Positions 23,900 through 34,628 of a stretch of DNA of 64,000 nucleotides are shown here, one piece after another (position 1 is the stretch's first letter; every line of letters starts with the position of its first letter). Under the pieces are notes generated by a model that worked only from the letters and a program-made list of their open reading frames with translations, did not search any database and was not told the DNA's origin. Position numbers and translations under genes: made by a program. The DNA comes from Azolla caroliniana (taxonomy: Eukaryota; Plantae; Polypodiophyta): NCBI GenBank assembly GCA_043228905.1, contig JBHGNT010000002.1, positions 10,974,001 to 11,038,000 of the forward strand. Reading direction: 5' to 3'.

Positions 23900-26610
23900 T
23901 CCGTGGGCCAAGACGTTGTCCAGCGAACCCACAGAACCCTTTACTCCTGTTGCTCTGAGGAAAGATCTTCCTCCATCTCCAAATCATCGTCTGCATTGTC
24001 CTGCAAAATGTCGAATAAGGAGGGTTCTACTTCTTGTGTTGCCACGCCTACGTCACGTCCATCTTCATCTTCGGTGTCCTCCCCATCGTTGTTTTCCTGG
24101 CGGGCTTCTTCGATCGATGGTCTTGGCTCTACTGAATCCGGTGCTCCAAGTCCAGGTGGTTTGTTACTCTTTTGGCTTCGATATTGTCTAACTCGACAGA
24201 TGTCTCAACATCATGCTTGTCGAATTCCTGCATGACTCAGTTAATTTTTTCTTTAAAATAAGCCGCCATGTCATATAGGTCCTTAGCAATATCTTCCTAA
24301 ACTGTTGTCATTGCTTCCTCCGACATCTTGAGGAAGCATTTGCCCTGAACTTTCCTATTTTCTTTGTTGACTCATGGTAGCGGAAGCTCCGCGGCTTGCG
24401 CCGACCATGTTTGCCAACCCTTCTCCAGCGATTCATTGACCAATTTTAGGGTGTTAATTCGGTGACTTCTAATGATCGCTTGAACCCTATCCTGAGTCAT
24501 TCTAGCCTCAAACTGTGATGTTGCCAAGGTTTTCCACAAATCAATGATTACCGCATTGGTATGTCCTTCTTCCTCCATCAGTTTAGCTTGTGCCACTAAG
24601 AGATCAAGTCACCTTTTCTTGGAGACCGTTTGAATTTCCAGCTTCACTTTCTCTTCATTCCAGTCATTCTGCTGCTGAATCATTTTTTCGTTGATTTCAT
24701 CTATCAGTTTGTCTTTACCAGCCAACTATGTTGTAAAACAAGTCTCTTGGCTCTTGACATACTCTTCCAATTCCTTGACTTGTTACCTTGTAGCCTCTTA
24801 CTGTTGCGCTAACTGTCGGTGTAATTCTTGTATCCCATTATCTTTTTCCCCCAAAGACCTGTCGGCCACCGTTTTTGCCGACTGTAATCGAGCCTCCATT
24901 TCTCTGGACCTATCTTCGGTCTTTTCTGCCTTAATTTCTGCCTCTCTTCGTGCTTTTTCGGCTTGGTCCAACCTCTTTTGTAATTCCGAATCTGTCTCCA
25001 AAGGTTGTCTTTGTGACTCTGGTTTTAATATCTGGTCTCTCGTTTTTTCTAGAGCCACTTGTTCTTCTTGCAGTTTATTCTTCAACTATTGATTCTCTGC
25101 CTGCGTTCGTTTATACTGTGCATTAAGCACATCTGCAACTGTTGTAGCTTGTTTATATAATTCGGACATATCCATGCTGCTCTACTCGCCTTTTCATATT
25201 CTCGGTGGACTTCCACTAGTGCCTCATATAATGGTGGTATCTGAATGGCTTCACCTCTATTTTTAGCATTTCGTTGTCGACCAATTCTATCCACTTCCGC
25301 TTGCTCGTTTGGCGACAGCTCCACATAATGACTTTTGGATTATTATTTGATCTCTGTGCTCTTGCGCCATTCTTTCCGACACTTCTTGAAGTCTTTTAGC
25401 TAACCATTCTACCAGTTCATATGATGTTCTGAACTGCAGAATGGCAGCTAGCTCATGTGTTGTTGTCGGGATGTCAGAAAAACCGAGTGCCTCTTGCACC
25501 GTTGTCGTTGATGCCTTCCCTTTTTGAACTCGTGACATGTCATCTGGGCGGTTTGATCGTTAGTTCTCTTTTTCTTCTGCGCAGGTTGTTCTTGCTCTGG
25601 TCTAGAGTATCTTTGGGACCGTTGTTTCACCCTGCATTGCTTCGGCGGTTGTTGGTCAATGTTGACTCTTCTCGACTCCTGTTGCTGTGAGGGTTGCTCG
25701 TCTGTCGTCCCGCATTGTTGCATCCTCTATGGTTGAAACTCCGGCTCTTGAGTTGGCGGTTGCTGGGCAGGTTCAGGTTGCGGTATTGACTGTTGAGACT
25801 GCGTCGACTGTTGTTTCGATTCTTGTTGTTGCCTTGGGTCCGGTTGGTCAAATTCGGTCTGAGTGGTATCGTCCTACGTTGATTTTTCTTCCCTCCACCC
25901 TTCCCGTTGGACTTGTCGTCGGGTTTGGGATGATTGTACTTGAGGCGGTCGATGCACCTCTGATTGGTTTTCCGGCTCTGAAGTCGGAAATAATACCGAT
26001 ACCCAACAAGCAAAAATGGGCTTCATTTGTTTTCCCTTCTGAACTCCGTTCAGTTGCTCTCTTAGAGCATCTGCCGATAGTAGCCCCCAATCGAAAACTT
26101 CGCCTTCATAAGCGGCGATGATAAATATGGCCCTCTTCTTGGGCATATAGTAGAATCTCGGACTAACAAACCCTACTTCCAATAAAAAATTTGCAACTTC
26201 ATGAAAAAACATATCCCTACCTCCTTGTGTCTGAACACTTTGGCAGAGGGTGAATATTCACCGAAATAAGACTGGAGACCATCCTCTGTGACCTTGTTGA
26301 CAGCATCGAACCCGCCTCTTGGCATCTCCAACATGGCTTTGACCTTCTTATTCGTAATCGTCGAGACATCGATTTCTACCAACAGAGCTACCGCGTTCGG
26401 GTGCGGCTCTGCTTCTGTGACTTTCAAAAATCCCTGTAACTTATTGCGAATGAGCTAGCGGCGCAAGTTATCAGATACGACAATCGGCATGTCGTCGATT
26501 GACAGATCGTCACTCAATGGTGGCTATGAGAAACGTTGTGGGCTATGACGAATAAAATCAAAAAACCTATGAGCTCGAATGCGTTTCTGCTTCTGTGGTG
26601 AAACAGTCAT
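23900..26610 (-). pseudogene. Gypsy J additional 3' ORF (helical domain, Q-rich linker, coiled coil); 3' end approximate
   Basis: Fragments 26173-26427, 25874-26212 (FFHEVANFL..FDWG..LREQL), 25287-25538, 24798-25085 and 24372-24596; homologous region in K. Confidence 0.7.
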
Positions 26611-26855
26611 TATAGAAATAGGTTTTAAGAGATTAATTTTTTGCATGATGCCTAGGGAATAAAAGTACTATTAATGTTGTAATGACTAGGCATACTAGTG
26701 TAGTAATGGCTTGAAATAGTAATAATGACTAATAGAAATATGCCTCCACTACTTTTACTTATAGCCTTCTGAAATTACTCCAAGAATCTCTTCGTGACAG
26801 TTAATTATGATTTGGCAAGAAAATATTCTATAGTTAGTTTCTTTTTTTTTCTTTT

Positions 26856-29626
26856 TTACTTTTCTTCCAATTCAGCCTTGAATGGATTTTCTAGCATGTG
26901 TCCATGATATGGTTTAAGCCGGAAACCATTGACCCATTTTGGTAAAATCTCACCTGATAGGGTTCCCAATTGATACGTACCATTTTTACTGTTCACGATC
27001 CAAACTGGTCCCGTCCATCTATACCGAAGTTTTCCTGTTATCGCCCCCATCTTGGTCTGGAAAACCAGTACTGGTTTCTCGATTCCGAATTGAGCTTTGG
27101 TTTTTCGTCAATGTCGATTTACAGATGCCTTTGTTTGCCTTTACTTGTGCTCCAAAGCTGTCATAGCTTGTGATGGGTCTTCTAACAACAATAAAGATTC
27201 TTTCCGAATTTGCTCCGACTGTAGTTCATTTAATTTTTCAGTTGCTTGTGTTTGGAGTGTCGGAATCTGGAATTCGATTGGCATCACTGCCTCCAATCCA
27301 AAAGTCATTCGGAAAGGTGTTGATTTAATAGATGTTTTGTACGACGTGCAATATGCCCATAAAGCACTATGCAACTTTTGATCCCAGTCCGTACGATTCT
27401 CATTTACTATCTTCTTGAGTATCGTCTGTAGAGTTTTGTTTGTTAACTATGCCAATCCATTCGCTTGTGGATAGTAAGGCATGCTTTTCTTATGAACCAC
27501 TGCATAGTAGGTAGACAATTCATGAACAAGTTTGTTAATGAAATGCGTACCTTGATCGCTCACTAATTCTATTGGGCAACCGAATGAACACCATATACTT
27601 CCGTACAAATTTTTTGTTGTTGAAGCTGCCATATTATCCCTAAGAGCTTTAGCTTCTACCCACTTTGTACAGTAGTTAGTAGCCACTATAATATATGTAT
27701 TGCCTGTTCTTACTGCTGCCGGTTTGAATGGGCCTACAAAATCCAAACCCCATTTCTGGAAAGGTTCAAGAGGTAACACAGGTTGAAACGGCATTCGGTC
27801 CCTTTCTGTCGGTTGTCCCATACGTTGGCATAAATCACATTTCCGACAATATTCGACTGCATCCTTCATCATTGTCGGCCACCATAAGCCATTGTTCCAT
27901 ATTTTTCTTGTTGTGGTTCCTCCACCATAGTGACCTACTGCGATTCCTGAAGAATGACCGATTTTTCGAATTGTCGTACTGTTCTTCTCCAAATACCATC
28001 TGCTCCTTTATGATACAGAGTGTCGTTCAAAAGACAAAAATTACGACTCCGTACCACCAAACTTTTCCTTTTGTCTGCCGATAAATGTTTGGGTGGTAAC
28101 CCTGTTGTAAGAAATATTGTCATTACTGAGATCCAACCATCCTCACTTTCTTCATTTACACCTTGTGCATTTACTGCTTCCACTCGAAAAAGCTGGCCAT
28201 CCGGAAAATCATCCTTGACACCTGTGCCTTCTTCTCCTGACCCCAGTCGACTGAGATAATCGGCCATTGCATGATGTACTCCTGGCCGATGTAAAATGTC
28301 AAATTCGAATTCTTGGAGTAGAAGAGCCCATCTTGCTAGCTTGCCAGTTAACTCTTGTTTCGAGACCAAATAAAGAAGAGCCGAATGATCAACATGAAAT
28401 GTAAACTTTTTCCCCAAAAGATAGTGTCGAAATTTATTGACACTATAGATCATTCCTAAAGCTTCCCTCTCAGTGGTAGAGTAATTTCTTTCTGCCGTCG
28501 AGAGTTTCCGACTAGCATAGTAAACTAGCCTGTACCAATTTGGTTTGGTTAACTGCATTAATGCACTTTCAATTGCGATGTCTGATGCATCAACAAAAAC
28601 ATGGAATGGCTTATTCCAGTCAGGTGGTTGAACGACTGGAACTTTGGACAACATTTTCTTCAGAAAATCATATGCATCCTGTTCCACACTTGTCCACTCA
28701 AAAGGAACTTTGTGTACTGTTGTATGTAAGGGAATGGTGATATTCGCAAGATATCTTATCATTCGGCTGTGCCATCTAATCTACCCCAAAACCGGACTGA
28801 GAGCTTTAGCATTTGTGGGTGCCGGTGCTTCTAGTATGGCTTTAACCTTGTTAGAGTCCACTGCAATTCCTTCCTGACTGACAATATGGCCTAATAATGT
28901 GCCACTAGTGACCCCGAATGCACATTTTGTCGGATTTAAACTAAGTCGTCCTTCCCAACATTTCTCCAAACATAGTCGTAAATGCTCAAAATGTTCGGTT
29001 TTCTGACTATAAACATCAAAATCATCCAAAAATACTTGCATAAAGGCAGGAATGTAATTCCCAAATATTTCCTGTATCACTCTTTGAAATATCGTCGAAG
29101 CAGTCTTCAAGCCAAACATCATTACTACCGCTACAAACACTCCCCATTCTGTAACAAAAGCTGTCTTTTCTTAATCTTCCAGATTCATCCGAACCTGATT
29201 ATAACCACTAAAACCATCTAGGAAACTATATATTTCATGGCCAGCTACTGCATCCAATATACCATCCGTAAATGGTAATGGAAACGCATCCATAACGATA
29301 GCCGCATTTAGTTTTCCGTAGTCAACACATACCCGAATCTTGCCATTCTTTTTCGGAACTACGATGATTGGACTTAACCATGTTGATTTTTTCACCGGAC
29401 GAATAAACCCTACTTTCAAAATTTTATCTATTTCTTCTTTAACTTTAATAGCTTAATTAGGATTTATCTGGTACCTGCGTTGTTGAATTGGCTTTGCATC
29501 CTTATGCAGGTTGATTTGATGTTGACAAAAAATTGGATCTAGTCCCTTCATATCTTCAAAAGACCAGGCAAAGACATGCTTATATTGCTTTAATAATGCT
29601 ATTAACCTTTGTTTGTCCGCTTCTAA
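26856..29626 (-). pseudogene. pol: Gypsy J pol (RT, RNase H, integrase)
   Basis: LDGFSGYNQ, FLDDF, VDASDIA, YSTTERE, WGLDFVGP, YPQANG, WTGP. Confidence 0.93.
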
Positions 29627-29992
29627 CACGTTCGTGTTCACAAGTGGAAGGATCGCGCATAAATGGAAGGATAAGGGAAATTTTGGTTGATTTTAGGGCT
29701 TTTTCAATGATTTTACAAAACACATTGATACCAGTATCATACATGTTCAAGCATGCTATGAAAAAGGTCAAAAATCCACTATTTTCGTGATTTAGAAGTA
29801 ACTAAAAAAAGAGGAATTTCAAAAAGTTACATTCTCAATTTATATCACAAACTTTACAAGCAATGTTATTTTATAAGAAACGATTTTTTAGAAATCATAA
29901 GAATTAAAAACACATGCTTTTATATTACTCGATTTGTTATAAGCGGAATGTAGTTACACTTAATAGCCAAATATACATTCATGATCACTCCT

Positions 29993-32782
29993 TTACGGAG
30001 AATCACTACTATAACTAATATACAATGACGATTCCTCCTCGTCATCCTCGGATGTACCAATTAGTGCATTATCTTCGTCATAAACCAAATGGTTTGACTC
30101 TAGATTATATGTAGCAGATCTCATTTGCCTTTGACTCGAGCCACCTTGTAGACCTGGTAATTTTTCTTTTATTATATCTATTGTTGACTTCCTTAATCGT
30201 TTGGCTTTTGTAAGTGTGAAGTCATACACGATGATATCCACATCAGAGATATCAAGGGTTGATGTGTTATGAATGTTTCGCTTCCTCTTCCTACCTCCCC
30301 TTCTTGTTGGGCATTCAATCATCTCCAATGTATACTTACTTGTAAAAGCATTTGCACTTCTATTGTTGTACCAATGAACATTTAGAGACTTGATTGTGTT
30401 TTCTATTTCATGCATTAGGACTTCTAGAATTTTACCAACCCAAAATTGGTGGCCATGTGAGTTCCCATCAGCCGGTGTTGCAATCAACATCCACGCGGTG
30501 AGCTCTTGCAAATTGCCTTTCCATCTAGCTTCGGCTGCTTTGGTCTTCCGTGGTCCCACATAAATGTCTCTTTGTTGTGGATGGACCAAGCTGTCATTAA
30601 TCGCATTTGTTGGTTGCTCCGGAGTTCTATTTACACGATCATGTTGCAGCGACCATGTGAATGGCGTTTCCAAATTCCAATTATCACCAAATACACAATG
30701 GTCTATAATTCCTTTCTGATCACTATAAAATACATCCCACCATGACGTGTCTTGTTGTGCGGCATATTTCTTGGCGGCCTCAATATGCTTTCTTTTTTCT
30801 TCTAAGGTTTGGAGTCATGATCGTTTTTGTTCCGATATCAAGTCACTCAGCAACTGTCCTTTCTTCTCAATTGGCATTTGCTTAGCTCCATGGACAATTG
30901 TACTCGGCATACAAAGTAATAACTAGCAACCACCTTCAGGTTCCCATGTTGTAGAAGATGAATATTGTTTAGCATACAAAAGTGTAGAACCACTTATTCC
31001 ATTTTTCTTTATCATAAAAATGTAATTGAAACTTATATTGTTTAACTGAGCAAGCACTTTAACAATCCCACCACCCCCATCTGATATATATCTCTTAAAG
31101 TCATATACCTCCTTCAAGTGTAACACTTTTGGGCGTGGTGTATATGCATCACAAATGACATCAAATAGTTTAGGTAAAGTGAAAGCATCATGCCGAGACA
31201 ACTGTCTGGAGAATGTGCTAAACATCTTATCAATATGGTCATGTGTGTGGCCAACCAAAAGAAAATTGACTTTCACTTTCCTAAACAATTCTTGGTTGAC
31301 CAACATACTTAGATAGTCAACCATAGTTGAATTTTTGTTCTCTCTAGCAGTATTGTCCAATTCAATGTATAGAACAGGGGGGAAAGGTTGGCCCCAAGAC
31401 ATCAAAACTCGGTGAATGATTGTAACTGTTAGGTTAGGGTCATTGTGAACATTGGGGTATGTAATGAAGACGTGAGGTCCAACAAACCTATTATAAGCCA
31501 AGCATCCCACCAAGTGCATTTGAACAAGGCACTCATCATTGACATCTTTGGGGAGCCTCCGCATATGCGGCAAACATGTCTTCTTCTGGTCCATGCCATC
31601 TATCATTAAGCACATGTATTGTTCGGGCCTCTTCAAACACTTCTCTCTATGATGCATCGCCTTCTTTCGTTCTAATGATTGTGCCTCACGATGCTCTTGT
31701 AGTAACTTCTTACTCATATCCTTTTCCATTGATGTCTTTGCACCTTTAGCCAAACTTTTAAGATTTGCACAAATGGAACAATACCCCATCATGCGTACTT
31801 TACGTGGAATGATAACATTTGAAAACCGAGTTGTCCATAATCTTGTGAATTGGTTATAGGTGATAGACTTATTACGTGAGCCCACCATATCAAATCGATA
31901 GACATCATAAACTTCCCGATGTGTATAATTATCAGAAAGGTGCATCCTACCTGCAATGGGCATTACTTCACAATTTAATTAAAAGTAACTTTTCATCCAA
32001 CCACTAGCATGTCTTCCAATTGCACCTTTCATACTTGGAACCTCTTTACAATTGAGCATTTGATCCCCGCTAAGTAGACGTTGTTGTACTCTATGTAGCC
32101 GCATGTTACTAAAACATAACACAATTTTGAATGCAACTCTACATATCTGTTGCGCATGGAAGATATAATACTCGAATGATACTTTGATCCCCGTACATTT
32201 GTCAGATACTAGTTGCATATGTGACTCGAGGTAAGTGTCTTGCTCATCACCAGTCATCGAAAAATAGTATCGCCTTAATTCTCGCAACTTTGATTTTCCA
32301 ATCATAGACATACAACCACGGGCACAACATATTTTTTTGACATCAAATCCAATCTGTTTATCTGATGTCACCAACCTAAATCTAGCCAGACGAATTCTTC
32401 GTGGGATTCTTCTAATATGCATAGGGCTTCCAGATTTCTCTTCCTGCATAGAGGTTGGTGTAACCTTGTTACAATCTAATTCTTTGTTGTGACCATCGCC
32501 AATGTTATTCGATGTTTCATTGGCACTACCTTCATTCTCTGTATCTTTATTAATATCGTATTCTTCAATAGAGAACTCTTCACATGTGTCATTATTTACA
32601 TTCCCTGTAGGTGAAGATGAGCTCAGACAATATTCTTCAATAGAATATGGTGAGTCTGTTGATAGACAATATTCTTCAATAGAATATGGTGAGTCTGTCG
32701 ACATACAATACTCTTCAGTAGAAAACGTCGAGTCTGATGACAAACAATATTCTTCAATCAACAATGGTGAATCTTTACTCAT
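29993..32782 (-). pseudogene. Putative DDE/D transposase, ~900 aa, disrupted
   Basis: ORFs 31979-32782 and 30923-31963 are in frame across one TAA. Motifs CCARGC, CSIC, MIDGMDQ, LDNTARENKN, GHTHDHID; C-terminal FWVGKI..VHWY domain. Confidence 0.8.
32560..32765 (-). repeat. 39-bp coding repeat (SIEEYCLSTDSPY-like, about 4-5 copies)
   Basis: Visible in the N-terminus of ORF 31979-32782. Confidence 0.85.
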
Positions 32783-33455
32783 GGCTTAAGGTGTAGATAG
32801 GGCTCTGTAAGTTATGTGCTTAGGCTAAGGCAAAAAACTAATAAGCTCCTCTCTAAACATAAACTTCTCTCTAAACAAAAGCTCCCTCAATAGAATGTCT
32901 ATATTATTTAATATTATATTAATACAATACATAAAAATATTATTTTTAATATAGTAATTGTATTTAAAATATCAATAATTATTTAAAATAGGTCTATATG
33001 AAGTTAAATCAAGTATAATATAAATCCAATCATTACCAAGCCATAAATATGTTGGATTAAAGTTAAAATCATTGGCTAATTAATGGCACCCATATTTGAT
33101 ATAGAACCTCTCAATCATTGGTTCATTAATGCTCCCCATTGTAAATATTAGACTTATCAATCATTGGTTAATTCATGCCCACATCAGCAATTCAGAGTCA
33201 TAAAAATATTGCTTTTAGTAATCAATCATTGGTACATTCATGAACCTCTATCATTGTCTCTTTCATGACCTTTAAAGTCATTGTAAGTTGTTATGACTAT
33301 AAAAGATTCATCAATATGTTAGTTTGACTTTGTAATCATTAATGGAATCATAAGTTACTCTAGTTAATGTGGCTGTGGTTACTAACTAACTAACCTCAAA
33401 CTTACCAACATTGGTTAAGGTGACTATGGTTACTTTAACCACTGTAGTCAATCCC

Positions 33456-33463
33456 TATAAATA
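33456..33463 (+). promoter_or_regulatory. TATA box divergent from the transposase and facing the palindrome array
   Basis: CCCTATAAATAGG, followed by a 12-aa ORF at 33582-33620 (AACCATG context). Confidence 0.45.
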
Positions 33464-33665
33464 GGAAGACCCTGTCATAATTCACTCACAAGAGCACACA
33501 AGAGCATACAAGAGCACACAGAGAGAACAGAGCACAAAGCACGAAAGCACAATCTCCGCCTCCACTGCCACACGATCAACCATGTCTTCAAAGAGAATCG
33601 AGCGCCAGGACTCCAAGTAGGCCTCTGACACTGTGGACATTTTTGTAAATATGTTTTGTCACTCA

Positions 33666-34366
33666 AGAACTCGATACGCCGTATCGAGTTCCTGTATAAA
33701 ATACAAACTTTTTACAGGAACTGGATACGGCGTATCGAGTTCCTCTTTTTTCTTTCCTTTTTAAACAGGAACTCGATACGGCGTATCGAGTTCCTCTGTC
33801 TTCTTTGCTTTTTAAACAGGAACTTGATATGGCGTATTGAGTTCCTCTATTTTCTTTGCTTTTTAAACAGGAACTCGATACGCAGTATCGAGTTCCTGTG
33901 TGTTCTTTGCTTTTTAAACACGAACTCGATACGGCGTATGGAGTTCCTGTTTAAAGTTAAGACTTTAAACAGGGTTTAGGGTTTATTTAAAAAGCAAAGA
34001 ACACACAGGAACTCGATACGGCGCTTTTTAAACAGGAACTCGATACGCCGTATCGAGTCCCTGTTTAAAAAGCAAAGAACACACAGGAACTCGATACGGC
34101 ATATCAAGTTCTTGTTTAAAGTTAAGGTTTTAAATACGAACTCGATACGCCGTATCGAGTCCCTTTTAAAAAGCAAAGAACACAGAGGAACAAAATACGT
34201 TGTATCGAGTTCCTCTATTCTCTTTGCTTTTTAAACAGGAACTCGATACGACGTATCGAGTTCTTGTGCAATATTTGTGTTTAAAACAGGAACTCGATAA
34301 GGTATGTCGAGTTCCTGGATTATGTTTGCGTTTTAAATAGGAACTCGATACGGTGTATCGAGTTCC
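33666..34366. repeat. 14 copies of the 27-bp palindrome GGAACTCGATAC-GNC-GTATCGAGTTCC at a 51-bp period
   Basis: Units start at ~33666, 33717, 33768, 33819, 33870, 33921, 34008 (half), 34035, 34086, 34137, 34187, 34238, 34289 and 34340. Confidence 0.95.
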
Positions 34367-34628
34367 TGTATAGGCAACAATTTAGTGTTGTGTGGAAAAG
34401 AAATCAAACTGTCTGGCAAAATTAGTCTTTTTTATGTCGACTTCCCTTACTTTTTTTAAAAAACGGGCCTTAATTATAGGTGTTTTATGACCTACTATAG
34501 CTTAAAATAGTAGAAAATAACCCACAAATTACCTTTACGATACCAATCTCAAGTCTATCATATGCAAATTATCTACAATATAGTTATGGAATCAATATAA
34601 GTCATACCTGCCCTTCAAGACAACCTAT

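Larger units (their letters stand above)
29627..34628 (-). mobile_element. DNA transposon with a Sola1/DUF7869-like DDE transposase and a palindrome array; no clear TIR
   Basis: Excision restores J pol IAKDM|LEADKQRL; boundaries uncertain by a few bp. Confidence 0.8.

Noticed and set aside
33971-33984. Telomere or interstitial telomeric tract (also AAACCCTAAA near 2023)
   Set aside because: Only one to two units; at most telo-box motifs.
33656-34176. ORFs with NSIRRIEFL repeats
   Set aside because: Artefacts of the 51-bp (17-codon) array; no evidence of coding.
33666-34366. CRISPR array
   Set aside because: Spacers are mostly copies or inversions of one another, there are no cas genes and the context is a eukaryotic TE.
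29627-34628. Helitron or CACTA classification
   Set aside because: No TC..CTRR ends, A|T target or Rep/Hel motifs, and no CACTA termini.
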